This document shows, piece by piece, positions 11,501 to 25,700 of a stretch of 64,000 bases of DNA (positions are counted from its first letter, which is position 1; every line of letters starts with the position of its first letter). This stretch comes from Camelus dromedarius. Taxonomy: Eukaryota. The translations under genes and the position numbers were made by a program. The notes beneath the pieces were generated by a model. The model was not told the origin of the DNA. It made no database searches and saw nothing but the letters and a program-made list of their open reading frames with translations. Where the stretch lies: positions 2,976,001 to 3,040,000 of the forward strand of contig NC_087436.1 in NCBI RefSeq assembly GCF_036321535.1. The letters run 5' to 3'.

Positions 11501-14500
11501 GGGAACGGATTGCAACAGAAACTTTTACTCTGGTTTCTCAGTCTGTTTCCTAGTGCCGGTTTGAAGTTCCTGCAGTTTTCACTGTAAAACCGTGTTGGAG
11601 CTAGTACCTCATCATATATATGTATGGAGTGGAGTTTTCAAGTGAAAAGAAACTTTGTGTTCCCCACAAGCTAGGCGAAGGACGGCTTTCACACACACTT
11701 ATCTCTCAGAACTGAGCATGTGGAGAGACGTTCGTTCATCTAGCACAAAGGGAACGGGTTACAGGAGAAACTTTTAATCTGGTTTCTCAGTCTGTTTCCT
11801 AGTGCCGCTTTGAAGTTCCTGCAGTTTTCACTGTAAAATTGAGTTGGAGCTAGTACCTCCCCATATATATGTATGGAGTGGAGTTTGCACCTGAAAAGAA
11901 ACTTTGTGTTCCCAACAAGCTATATGAAGAACGGCATTCACACACACTTATCTCTCAGTACTGAGCATGTGGAGAGACGTTCGTTCATCTAGCACAAAGG
12001 GAACGGTGTGCAGGATAAAATATTACTCTGGTTTCCCAGTCTGTTTCCTAGTGCCGGTTTGAAGTTCCTGCAGTTTTCACTGTAAAACCGAGTTGGAGCT
12101 AGTACCTCCCCATATATATGTATGGATTGGAGTTTGCAAGTGAAAAGAATCTTTGTGTTCCCAACAAGCTAGGTGAAGGACGGCTTTCACACACACTTAT
12201 CTCTCAGAACTGAGCATGTTTAGACACGTTCGTTCATCTAGCACAAAGGAACGGGTTGCAGGATAAATTTTACTCTGGTTTCTCAGTCTGTTTCCTAGTG
12301 CCGGTTTGAAGTTCCTGCAGTTTTCACTGTAAAACCGAGTTGGAGCTAGAACCTCCCCATATATATGTATGGAGTGGAGTTTGCACCTTAAAAGAAACTT
12401 TGTGTTCCCAACAAGATAGGTGAATTACGGCTTTCACACACACTTATCTCTCAGAACTGAGCATGTGGAGAGACGTTCGTTCATCTAGGACAAAGTGAAC
12501 GGGGTGCAGGGAAACTTTTACTCTGGTTTCTCAGTCTGTTTTCTATTGCCGGTTGAAGTTCCTGCAGTTTTAACTGTAAAATCTAGTTGGAGCTAGTACC
12601 TACCCATATATATGTATGGAGTTGAATTTGCAAGTGAAAAGAAACTTTGTGTTCCCAAAAAGCTAGGTGAAGGACGACTTTCACACACACTTATCTCTGA
12701 GAACTGAGAATGTGGAGAGACTTTCGTTCATCTAGCACAAATGGAACAGTTTGTAGGAGACACTTTTACTCTGGTTTCTCAGTCTGTTTCCTTGTGCCGG
12801 TTTGAACTTCCTGCAATTTTCACTGTAAAACCGAGTTGGAGCTAGTACCTCCCCTTATATATGTATGGAGTGGAGTTTGCAATTGAAAAGAAACTTTGTG
12901 TCCCAAAAAGCTAGGTGAAGGACGACTTTCACACACACATATCTCTGAGAACTGAGCATGTGGTGAGACGTTCGTTCATCTAGCATAAACGGAACAGTTT
13001 GCAGGAGAAACTTTTACTCTGGTTTCTCAGTCTGTTTCCTAGTGTCGGATGAAGTTCCTGCAGTTTTCACTGTAAATCCGAGTTGGAGCTAGTACCTCCC
13101 TATATATATGTATGGATTGGAATTTGCAAGTGAAAAGAATCTTTGTGTTCCCAACAAGCTAGGTGAAGGACGGCTTTCACACACACTTATCCCTCAGATC
13201 TGAGCATGTGGAGAGACGTTCGTTCATCTAGCACAAAGGGAACGGTTTGCAGGAGAATATATTACTCTGGTTTCCCAGTCTGTTTCCTAGTGCCGGTTTA
13301 AAGTTCCTGCAGTTTTCACTGTAAAACCAAGTTGGAGCTAGTCCCTCCCCATATATATGTATGGAGTGGAGTTTGCACCTGAAAAGAATCTTTGTGTTCC
13401 CAACAAGCTAGGTGAATTACGGCTTTCACACACACATATATCTCAGAAATGAGCATGTGGAGAGATGTTCGTTCATCTAGCAAAAATGGAACGGGTTGCA
13501 GGAGAAACTTTTACTCTGCTTTCTCAGTCTGTTTCCTAGTGCCGGTTTGAAGTTCCTGCAGTTTTCACTGTAAAACCGAGTTGGAGCTAGTACCTCCCCA
13601 TATATATGTATGGAGTGGAGTTTGCAACTGAAAAGAAATTTTGTGTTCCCAACAAGCTTGGTGAAGGACGGCTTTCACACACACTTTTCCCTCAGAACTG
13701 AGCATGTGGAGAGACGTTCGTTCATCTAGCACAAAGGGAACTGTTTGCTTGAGAAAATATTACTCTGGTTTCCCAGTTTGTTTCCTAGTGCCGGTTTGAA
13801 GTTCCTGCAGTTTTCACTGTAAAACCGAGTTGGAGCTAGTACCTCCCTATATATAAGTATGGACTGTAGTTTGCAACTGAAACGAAACTTTGTGTTCCCA
13901 AGAAGCTAGGTGAAGGACAGCATTCACACACAGTTAACTCTCAGAACTGAGCATGTGGAGAGAATTTCGTTCATCTAGCACAAAGAAACGTGTTGCAGGT
14001 GAAACTTTTACTCTGTTTTCTCAGTCTGTTTCCTAGTACCGGTTTGAAGTTCCTTTAGTTTTCACTGTAAAAACGAGTTGGAGCTAGTACTTCCCCATAT
14101 ATATGTATGGAATGGAGTTTGCAACTGAAAAGAAGCTTTGTGTTCCAAACAAGCTAGGTGAAGGACGGCTTTCACACACAATTATCTCTCAGAACTGAGC
14201 ATGTGGAGAGACGTTCGTTCATCTTGCACAAAGGGAACGGGTTGCAGGAGAAACTTTTACTCTGGTTTCTCAGTCTGTTTCCTTGTGCCGGTTTGAACTT
14301 CCTGCAATTTTCACTGTAAAACCGAGTTGGAGCTAGTACCTCCCCTTATATATGTATGGAGTGGAGTTTGCAATTGAAAAGAAACTTTGTGTCCCAAAAA
14401 GCTAGGTGAAGGACGACTTTCACACACACATATCTCTGAGAACTGAGCATGTGGTGAGAAGTTCGTTCATCTAGCTTAAACGGAACAGTTTGCAGGAGAA

Positions 14501-17500
14501 ACTTTTACTCTGGTTTCTCACTCTGTTTCCTAGTGTCGGATGAAGTTCCTGCAGTTTTCACTGTAAATCCGAGTTGGAGCTAGTACCTCCCTATATATAT
14601 GTATGGATTGGAATTTGCAAGTGAAAAGAATCTTTGTGTTCCCAACAAGCTAGGTGAAGGACGGCTTTCACACACACTTATCCCTCAGATCTGAGCATGT
14701 GGAGAGACGTTCGTTCATCTAGCACAAAGGGAACGGTTTGCAGGAGAATATATTACTCTGGTTTCCCAGTCTGTTTCCTAGTGCCGGTTTAAAGTTCCTG
14801 CAGTTTTCACTGTAAAACCAAGTTGGAGCTAGTCCCTCCCCATATATATGTATGGAGTGGAGTTTGCACCTGAAAAGAATCTTTGTGTTCCCAACAAGCT
14901 AGGTGAATTACGGCTTTCACACACACATATATCTCAGAAATGAGCATGTGGAGAGACGTTCGTTCATCTAGCAAAAATGGAACGGGTTGCAGGAGAAACT
15001 TTTACTCTGCTTTCTCAGTCTGTTTCCTAGTGCCGGTTTGAAGTTCCTGCAGTTTTCACTGTAAAACCGAGTTGGAGCTAGTACCTCCCCATATATATGT
15101 ATGGAGTGGAGTTTGCAACTGAAAAGAAATTTTGTGTTCCCAACAAGCTTGGTGAAGGACGGCTTTCACACACACATTTCCCTCAGAACTGAGCATGTGG
15201 AGAGACGTTCGTTCATCTAGCACAAAGGGAACTGTTTGCTTGAGAAAATATTACTCTGGTTTCCCAGTCTGTTTCCTAGTGCCGGTTTGAAGTTCCTGCA
15301 GTTTTCACTGTAAAACCGTGTTGGAGCTAGTACCTCATCATATATATGTATGGAGTGGAGTTTTCAAGTGAAAAGAAACTTTGTGTTCCCAACAAGCTAG
15401 GCGAAGGACGGCTTTCACACACACTTATCTCTCAGAACTGAGCATGTGGAGAGACGTTCGTTCATCTAGCACAAAGGGAACGGGTTACAGGAGAAACTTT
15501 TAATCTGGTTTCTCAGTCTGTTTCCTAGTGCCGCTTTGAAGTTCCTGCAGTTTTCACTGTAAAATTGAGTTGGAGCTAGTACCACCCCATATATATGTAT
15601 GGAGTGGAGTTTGCACCTGAAAAGAAACTTTGTGTTCCCAACAAGCTATGTGAAGAACGGCATTCACACACACTTATCTCTCAGAACTGAGCATGTGGAG
15701 AGACGTTCGTTCATCTAGCACAAAGGGAACGGTGTGCAGGATAAAATATTACTCTGGTTTCCCAGTCTGTTTCCTAGTGCCGGTTTGAAGTTCCTGCAGT
15801 TTTCACTGTAAAACCGAGTTGGAGCTAGTACCTCCCCATATATATGTATGGATTGGAGTTTGCAAGTGAAAAGAATCTTTGTGTTCCCAGCAAGCTAGGT
15901 GAAGGACGGCTTTCACACACACTTATCTCTCAGAACTGAGCATGTTTAGACACGTTCGTTCATCTAGCACAAAGGAACGGGTTGCAGGATAAATTTTACT
16001 CTGGTTTCTCAGTCTGTTTCCTAGTGCCGGTTTGAAGTTCCTGCAGTTTTCACTGTAAAACCGAGTTGGAGCTAGAACCTCCCCATATATATGTATGGAG
16101 TGGAGTTTGCACCTTAAAAGAAACTTTGTGTTCCCAACAAGATAGGTGAATTACGGCTTTCACACACACTTATCTCTCAGAACTGAGCATGTGGAGAGAC
16201 GTTCGTTCATCTAGGACAAAGGGAACGGGGTGCAGGGAAACTTTTACTCTGGTTTCTCAGTCTGTTTTCTATTGCCGGTTGAAGTTCCTGCAGTTTTAAC
16301 TGTAAAACCTAGTTGGAGCTAGTACCTACCCATATATATGTATGGAGTTGAATTTGCAAGTGAAAAGAAACTTTGTGTTCCCAAAAAGCTAGGTGAAGGA
16401 CGACTTTCACGCACACTTATCTCTGAGAACTGAGAATGTGGAGAGACTTTCGTTCATCTAGCACAAATGGAACAGTTTGTAGGAGACACTTTTACTCTGG
16501 TTTCTCAGTCTGTTTCCTTGTGCCGGTTTGAACTTCCTGCAATTTTCACTGTAAAACCGAGTTGGAGCTAGTACCTCCCCTTATATATGTATGGAGTGGA
16601 GTTTGCAATTGAAAAGAAACTTTGTGTCCCAAAAAGCTAGGTGAAGGACGACTTTCACACACACATATCTCTGAGAACTGAGCATGTGGTGAGACGTTCG
16701 TTCATCTAGCATAAACGGAACAGTTTGCAGGAGAAACTTTTACTCTGGTTTCTCAGTCTGTTTCCTAGTGTCGGATGAAGTTCCTGCAGTTTTCACTGTA
16801 AATCCGAGTTGGAGCTAGTACCTCCCTATATATATGTATGGATTGGAATTTGCAAGTGAAAAGAATCTTTGTGTTCCCAACAAGCTAGGTGAAGGACGGC
16901 TTTCACACACACTTATCCCTCAGATCTGAGCATGTGGAGAGACGTTCGTTCATCTAGCACAAAGGGAACGGTTTGCAGGAGAATATATTACTCTGGTTTC
17001 CCAGTCTGTTTCCTAGTGCCGGTTTAAAGTTCCTGCAGTTTTCACTGTAAAACCAAGTTGGAGCTAGTCCCTCCCCATATATATGTATGGAGTGGAGTTT
17101 GCACCTGAAAAGAATCTTTGTGTTCCCAACAAGCTAGGTGAATTACGGCTTTCACACACACATATATCTCAGAAATGAGCATGTGGAGAGACGTTCGTTC
17201 ATCTAGCAAAAATGGAACGGGTTGCAGGAGAAACTTTTACTCTGCTTTCTCAGTCTGTTTCCTAGTGCCGGTTTGAAGTTCCTGCAGTTTTCACTGTAAA
17301 ACTGAGTTGGAGCTAGTACCTCCCCATATATATGTATGGAGTGGAGTTTGCAACTGAAAAGAAATTTTGTGTTCCCAACAAGCTTGGTGAAGGACGGCTT
17401 TCACACACACTTTTCCCTCAGAACTGAGCATGTTGAGAGACGTTCGTTCATCTAGCACAAAGGGAACTGTTTGCTTGAGAAAATATTACTCTGGTTTCCC

Positions 17501-17570
17501 AGTCTGTTTCCTAGTGACGGTTTGAAGTTCCTGCAGTTTTCACTGTAAAACCGAGTTGGAGCTAGTACCT
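10120..17570 (+). repeat. 15-monomer (3726 bp) tandem duplication with an internal 4-monomer replacement
   Basis: Three marker pairs all have offset 3726: 'gtatggactgtagtttgc' 10131/13857, 'cgtgttggagctagtacctcatca' 11591/15317, and 'cttgtgccggtttgaacttcctgcaatt' 12791/16517. An extra copy of the last marker is at 14282. Confidence 0.9.
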
Positions 17571-18549
17571 CCCCATATTTATGTATGCATTGGAGTTTGC
17601 AAGTGAAAAGAATCTTTCTGTTCCGAAAAGCTAGGTGAAGTACCGCTTTCACACACAATTATCTCTCAGAACTGAGCATGTGGAGAGACGTTCGTTCATC
17701 TAGCACAAAGGGAACGGGGTGCAGGATAAACTTTTACACTGGTTTCTCAGTGTGTTTTCTATTGCCGGTTGAAGTTCCTGCAGTTTTCACTGTAAAACCG
17801 AGTTGGAGTTAGTACCTCCCCATATATATGTATGGAGTGGAGTTTGCAACTGAAAAGAATCTTTGTGTTCCCAAAAAGCTAGGTGAAGGACGACTTGCAC
17901 ACACACATATCTCTGAGAACTGAGCATGTGGAGAGACGTTCGTTCATCTAGCATAAACGGAACAGTTTGCAGGAGAAACATTTACTCTGGTTTCTCAGAC
18001 TGTTTCCTAGTGCCGGTTGAAGTTCCTGCAGTTTTCAATGTAAAACCGAGTAGGAGCTACTACCTCCCCATATATATGTATGGATTGGAATTTGCAAGTG
18101 AAAAGAATCTTTGTGTTCCCAACAAGCTAGGTGAAGGACGGCTTTCACACACACTTATCTCTCAGAACTGAGCATGTGGAGAGACGATCGTCCATGTTTG
18201 ACAAAGGAAAATGGTTGCAGGAGAAAATTTTCTCTGGTTTCTCAGTCTGTTTCCTAGTTCCAGTTTGAAGTTCCTGTAGTTTTCACTGTAAAACCGAGTT
18301 GGTGCTAGTACTTCCCCATATATATGTATGGAGTGCTGTTTGCAACTGAAAAGAAACTTTGTGTTCCCAACAAGCTAGGTGAAGGACGGCTTTCACACAC
18401 ACTTATCCCTCAGAACTGAGCATGTGGAGAGACGTTCGTTCATCTAGCACAAAGGGAACGGTTTGCAGGAGAATATATTACTCTGGTTTCCCAGTCTGTT
18501 TCCTAGTCCGGTTTGAAGTTCCTGCAGTTTTCCCTGTAAAACCGATTTG

Positions 18550-21500
18550 GAGCTAGTACCTCCCCATATATATGTATGGAGTGGAGTTTGCAAGTGAAAA
18601 GAAACTTTGTGTTCCCAACAAGCTAGGTGAAGGATGGCTTTCACACACACTTATCTCCCAGAACTGAGCACGTGGAGAGACGTTCGTTCATCTAGCACAA
18701 AGGGAACAGGTTGCAGGGGAAAATTTTACCGTGGTTTCTCAGTCTGTTTCGTAGTGCCTGTTTGAAGTTCCTGCAGTTTTCACTGTAAAACCGTGTTGGG
18801 GCTAGTAGCTCCCCATAAATATGTATGGAGTGGAGTATGCAAGTGAAAAGAATCTTTGCCTTCCAAACAAGCTAGGTAAAGGACGGCTTTCACACACAAT
18901 TATCTCTCAGAAATGAGCATGTGGAGAGACGTTCGTTCATCTAGAAAAAAGGGAACGGGTTGCAGGAGAAACTTTTACTCTGGTTTCACAGTCTGTTTCC
19001 TAGTGCCGTTTAGAATTTTCTGCAGTTTTCACTGAGAAACCGTGTTGGGGCTAGTACCTCCCCATATATATGTATGGAGTGGAGTTTCAACTGAAAAGAA
19101 CTTTGTGTTCCCAACAATTAAGGTGAAGGACGGCTTCCAAACACACTTATCTCTCAGAACTGTGCATGTGGAGAGACGTTTGTTCATCTAGCACAAAGGA
19201 AACGGGTTGCAGTAGAAAATTTTACTCTGATTTCTCAGTCTGTTTCCTAGTGCCGGTTTGAAGTTCCTGCAGTTTTCACTATAAAACCGAGTTGGAGCTA
19301 GTACCTCCCCATATATATGTATGGAGTGGAGTTTGCACCTGAAAAGAAATTTTGTGTTCCCAACAACCTAGATGAATTACGGCTTTCACACACACTTATC
19401 TCTCAGAACTGAGCATGTGGAGAGACATTCTTTCATCTAGCACAAAGGGAACGGGGTGCAGGAGAAACATTTACTCTGGTTTCTCAGTCTGTTTTCTAGT
19501 GCCGGTTTAAGTTCCTGCAGTTTTCACTGTAAAAACGAGTTGGAGCTAGTACCTCCCCATATATATGTATGGAGTGGAGTTTGCAAGTGAAAAGAAAATT
19601 TGTGTTCCCAAAAAGCTAGGTGAAGGACGGCTTTCACACACACTTATCTCTGAGAACTGAGCATGTGGAGAGACGTTCGTTCATCTAGCACAAAGGGAAA
19701 GGTTTGCAGGAGAAACTTTTACTCTGGTTTCTCAGTCTGTTTCCTAGTGCCGGTTTGAAGTTCCTGCAGTTTTCACTGTAAAACTGAGTTGTTGCTTGTA
19801 CCTCCCCATATATATATATGGAGTGGAGTTTGCGAATGAAAGAAACTTTGTGTTCCCAACAAGCTACGTGAAGGACGGCTTTCACACACACTTATCTCTG
19901 AGAACTGAGCATGTGGAGAGACGTTCGTTCATATAGCACAAAGGAAACGGGTTGCAGTAGAAAACTTTACTCTGGTTTCTCAGTCTGTTTCGTAGTGCCG
20001 GTTTGAAGTTCCTGCAGTTTTCACAGTAAAACCCTGTTGGGGCTAGTAGCTCCCCATAAATATGTATGGAGTGGAGTTTGCAAGTGAAAAGAATCTTTGT
20101 CTTCCAAACAAGCTAGGTAAAGGACGGCTTACAGACACAATTATCTCTCAGAAATGAGCATGTGGAGAGACGTTCGTTCATCTAGAAAAAAGGGAACGGG
20201 TTTCAGGAGAAACTTTTACTCTGGTTTCACAGTCTGTTTCCTAGTGCCGTTTTGAATTTTCTGCAGTTTTCACTGAGAAACCGAGTTGGGGCTAGTACCT
20301 CCCCGTATATATGTATGGATTGGAGTTTGCAAGTGAAAAGAAACTTTGTGTTCCCAACAAGCTAGGTGAAGGATGGCTTTCACACACACTTATCTCCCAG
20401 AACTGAGCATGTGGAGAGACGTTCGTTCAATTAGCACAAAAGGAACGGGTTGCAGGAGAAAATTTTTCTGTGGTTTCTCAGTCTGTTTCGTAGTGCCGGT
20501 TTGAAGTTCCTGCAGTTTTCACTGTAAAACCGAGTTGGAGCTAGTACCTAAACATATATAAGAATTGAGTGAATTTTGCAACTGAAAAGAAACTCTGTGC
20601 ACCCAACAAGCTAGTTGATGTACGACATTCACACACACGTATCTCTCAGAACTGAGAATGTGGAGAGACGATCGTTCATCTAGCACAAAGGGAACGGGTT
20701 GCAGGAGAAAACTTTACTCTGGTTTCTCAGGCTGTTTCCTAGTGCCGGTTTGAAGTTCCTGCATTTTTCCCTGTAAAACGTAGTTGGAGCTAGTACCTCC
20801 CCATATATATGTATGGAGTGGAGTTTGCAAGTGAAAAGAAACTTTGTGTTCCCAACAAGCTAGGTGAAGGATGGTTTTCACACACACTTATCTCCTTGAA
20901 TTGAGCACGTGGAGAGACGTTCGTTCATCTAGCACAAAGGGAACAGGTTGCAGGGGAAAATTTTACTGTGGTTTCTCAGTCTGTTTCGTAGTGCCGGTTT
21001 GAAGTTCCTGCAGTTTTCACTGTAAAACCGTGTTGGGGCTAGTAGCTCCCCATAAATATGTATGGAGTGGAGTTTGCAAGTGAAAAGAATCTTTGTCTTC
21101 CAAACAAGCTAGGTAAAGGGCGGCTTTCACACACAATTATCTCTCAGATATGAGCATGTGGAGAGACGTTCGTTCATCTAGAAAAAAGGGAACGGGTTGC
21201 AGGAGAAACTTTTACTCTGGTTTCACAGTCTGTATCCTAGTGCCGTTTTGAATTTTCTGCAGTTTTCACTGAGAAACCGAGTTGGGGCTAGTACCTCCCC
21301 ATAAATATGTATGGAGTGGAGTTTCAACTGAAAAGAACTTTGTGTTCCCAACAACTAAGGTGAAGGTCGGCTTCCAAACACACTTATCTCTCAGAACTGT
21401 GCATGTGGAAAGACGTTTGTTAATCTAGCACAAAGGAAACGGGTTGCAGTAGAAAATTTTACTCTGGTTTCTCAGTCTGTTTCCTAGTGCCGGTTTGAAG

Positions 21501-22150
21501 TTCCTGCAGTTTTCACTATAAAACCGAGTTGGAGCTAGTACCTCCCCATATATATGTATGGAGTGGAGTTTGCACCTGAAAAGAAATTTTGTGTTCCCAA
21601 CAACATAGATGAATTACAGCTTTCACACACACTTATCTCTCAGAACTGAGCATGTGGAGAGACGTTCTTTCATCTAGCACAAAGGGAACGGGTTGCAGGA
21701 GAAACATTTACTCTGGTTTCTCAGTCTGTTTTCTAGTGCCGGTAGAAGTTCCTGCAGTTTTCACTGTAAAAACGAGTTGGAGCTTGTACCTCCCCATATA
21801 TATGTATGGAGTGGAGTTTGCAAGTGAAAAGAAACTTTGTGTTCCCAAAAGCTAGGTGAAGAACGGCTTTCACACACACTTATCTCTGAGAACTGAGCAT
21901 GTGGAGAGACGTTCGTTCATCTAGCACAAAGGGAACGGTTTGCAGGAGAAAGTTTTACTCTGGTTTCTCAGTCTGTTTCCTAGTGCCGGTTTGAAGTTCC
22001 TGCAGTTTTCACTGTAAAACTGAGTTGTTGCTTGTACCTCCCCATATATATATATGGAGTGGAGTTTGCAAATGAAAAGAAACTTTGTGTTCCCAACAAG
22101 CTACGTGAAGGACGGCTTTCACACACACTTATCTCTCAGAACTGAGCATG
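18550..22150 (+). repeat. 9-monomer (~2237 bp) offset block repeat
   Basis: 'ccgtgttggggctagtagctccccataaat' is at 18791/21028 and 'gttgcttgtacctcc' is at 19791/22027. Confidence 0.8.
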
Positions 22151-22449
22151 TGGAGAGACGTTTGTTCATCTAGCACAAAGGAAACGGGTTGCATGAGAAA
22201 CTTTTACTCTGGTTTCTCAGACTGTTTCCTAGTGCCGGTTTGAAGTTCCGGCAGTTTTCACTGTAAAACCGAGTTGGAGCTATTACCTAACCATATATAT
22301 GTATGGAGTGAATTTTGCAACTGAAAAGAAACTTTGTGCACCCAACAAGCTAGGTGAAGTACGACATTCACACACACGTATCTCTCAGAACTGAGCATGT
22401 GGAGAGACGTTCGTTCATCTAGCACAAAGGGAACGGGTTGCAGGAGAAA

Positions 22450-25400
22450 CTTTTACTCTGGCTTCTCAGTCTGTTTCCTAGTGCCGGTTTGAAGTTCCTG
22501 CAGTTTTCACTGTAAAACGTAGTTGGAGCTAGTACCTCCCCATATATATGTATGGATTGGAGTTAGCAAGTGAAAAGAAAATTTGTGTTCCCAACAAGAT
22601 AGGTGAAGGATGGCTTTCACACACACTTATCTCCCAGAACTGAGCATGTGGAGAGACATTCGTTCAATTAGCACAAAAGGAACGGGTTGCAGGAGAAAAT
22701 TTTACTGTGGTTTCTCAGTCTGTTTCGTAGTCCCGGTTTGAAGTTCCTGCAGTTTTCACTGTAAAACCGAGTTGGGGCTAGCAGCTCCCCATAAATATGT
22801 ATGGAGTGGAGTTTGCAAGTGAAAAGAATCTTTGTGCACCCAACAAGCTAGGTGAAGTACGACATTCACACACACGTATCTCTCAGAACTGAGAATGTGG
22901 AGAGACGTTCGTTCATCTAGCACAAAGGGAACGGGTTGCAGGAGAAACATTTACTCTGGTTTCTCAGTCTGTTTCCTAGTGCCGGTTTGAAGTTCCTGCA
23001 GTTTTCACTGTAAAACCGGGTTGTGGCTTGTACCTCCCCATATATATGTATGGAGTGGAGTTTGCAAATGAAAAGAAACTTTGTGATCCCAACAAGCTAT
23101 ATGAAGGACGGCTTTCACACACACTTATCTCTCAGAACTGAGCATGTGGAGAGTCGTTCGTTCAACTAGCAGAAAGGGAACGGGTTGCAGGGGAAAATTT
23201 TACTGTGGTTTCTCAGTCTGTTTCGTACTGCCGGTTTGAAGTTCCTGCAGTTTTCACAGTAAAACCCTGTTGGGGTTAGTAGCTCCCCATATATATATAT
23301 GGAGTGGAGTTTGCAAGTGAAAAGAATCTTTGTCTTCCAAACAAGCTAGGTAAAGGACGGCTTACACACACAATTATCTCTCAGAAATGAGCATGTGGAG
23401 AGACGTTCGTTCATCTAGATAAAAGGGAACGGTTTGCAGGAGAAACTTTTACTCTGGTTTCACAGTCTGTTTCCTAGTGCCGTTTTGAATTTTCTGCAGT
23501 TTTCACTGAGAAACCGAGTTGGGGCTAGTACCTCCCCATAAATATGTATGGAGTGGAGTTTCAACTGAAAAGAACTATGTGTTCCCAACAACTTAGGTGA
23601 AGGACGGCTTCCAAACACTCTTATCTCTCAGAACTGTGCATGTGGAGAGACGTTTGTTCATCTAGCACAAAGGAAACGGGTTGCAGTAGAAAATTTTACT
23701 CTGGTTTCTCAGTCTGTTTCCAAGAGCCGGTTTGAAGTTCCTGCAGTTTTCACTGTAAAATCGAGTTGGAGCTAGTACCTCCCCATATATATGTATGGAG
23801 TGGAGTTTGCAAGTGAAAACAAACTTTGTGTTCCCAAAAAGCTAGGTGAAGGACGGCTTTCACACACACTTATCTCTGAGAACTGAGCATGTGGAGAGAC
23901 GTTCGTTCATCTAGCACAAAGGGAAAGGGTTGCAGGGGAAACTATTACTCTGGTTTCTCAGTCTGTTTCCTAGTGCCGGTTTGAAGTTCCTGCAGTTTTC
24001 ACTGTAAAACCGAGTTGTTGCTTGTACCTCCCCATATAAATGTATGGAGTGGAGTTTGCAAATGAAAAGAAACTTTGTGTTCCCATCAAGCTACGTGAAG
24101 GACGGCTTTCACACACACTTATCTCTCAGAACTGAGCATGTGGAGAGACGTATGTTCATCTAGCACAAAGGAAACGGGTTGCAATAGAAAACTTTACTCT
24201 GGTTTCTCAGGCTGTTTCCTAGTGCCGGTTTGAAGTTCCTGCATTTTTCACTGTAAAACGTAGTTGGAGCTAGTACCTCCCCATATATATGTACGGATTG
24301 GAGTTTGCAAGTAAAAAGAATCTTTGTGTTCCCAACAAGCTAGGTGAAGAATGGCTTTCACACACATTTATCTCTGAGAACTGAGCATGTGGAGAGACGT
24401 TCGTTCATCTAGCACAAAGGGAACGGTTTTCAGGAGAAACTTTTACTCTGGCTTCTCAGTCTGTTTCCTAGTGCCGGTTTGAAGTTCCTGCAGTTTTCAC
24501 TGTAAAACGTAGTTGGAGCTTGTACCTCCCCATATATATGTATGGATTGGAGTTTGCAAGTGAAAAGAAACTTTGTGTTCCCAACAAGCGATGTGAAGAA
24601 TGGCTTTCACACACACTTATCTCCCAGAACTGAGCATGTGGAGAGACGTTCGTTCAATTAGCACAAAAGGAACGGGTTGCAGCAGAAAATTTTACTGTGG
24701 TTTCTCAGTCTGTTTCGTAGTCCCGGTTTGAAGTTCCTGCAGTTTTCACTGTAAAACCGAGTTGGGGCTAGCAGCTCCCCATAAATATGTATGGAGTGGA
24801 GTTTGCAACTGAAAAGAATCTTTGTGCACCCAACAAGCTAGGTGAAGTACGACATTCACACACACGTATCTCTCAGAACTGAGAATGTGGAGAGACGTTC
24901 GTTCATCTAGCACAAAGGGAACGGGTTGCAGGAGAAACATTTACTCTGGTTTCTCAGTCTGTTTCCTAGTGCCGGTTTGAAGTTCCTGCAGTTTTCACTG
25001 TAAAACCGAGTTGTGGCTTCTACCTCCCCATATATATGTATGGAGTGGAGTTTGCAAATGAAAAGAAACTTTGTGATCCCAACAAGCTATATGAAGGACG
25101 GCTTTCACACACACTTATCTCTCAGAACTGAGTATGTGGAGAGTCGTTCGTTCAACTAGCAGAAAGGGAACGGGTTGCAGGGGAAAATTTTACTGTGGTT
25201 TCTCAGTCTGTTTCGTAGTGCCGGTTTGAAGTTCCTGCAGTTTTCACAGTAAAACCCTGTTGGGCTAGTAGCTCCCCATAAATATGTATGGAGTGGAGTT
25301 TGCAAGTGAAAAGAATCTTTGTCTTCCAAACAAGCTAGGTAAAGGACGGCTTACACACACAATTATCTCTCAGAAATGAGCATGTGGAGAGACGTTCGTT

Positions 25401-25700
25401 CATCTAGAAAAAAGGGAACGGGTTGCAGGAGAAACTTTTACTCTGGTTTCACAGTCTGTTTCCTAGTGCCGTTTTGAATTTTCTGCAGTTTTCACTGAGA
25501 AACCGAGTTGGGGCAAGTACCTCCCCATAAATATGTATGGAGTGGAGTTTCAACTTTAAAGAACTTTGTGTTCCCAACAACTTAGGTGAAGGACGGCTTC
25601 CAAACACTCTTATCTCTCAGAACTGTGCATGTGGAGAGACGTTTGTTCATCTAGCACAAAGGAAACGGGTTGCAGTAGAAAATTTTACTCTGGTTTCTCA
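22450..25700 (+). repeat. 8-monomer (~1990 bp) offset block repeat
   Basis: 'gcttctcagt' is at 22461/24451. Near-identical ORFs lie at 22756/24746. 'gttcccaacaacttaggtgaaggacggcttccaaacactc' is at 23581/25570. Confidence 0.85.
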
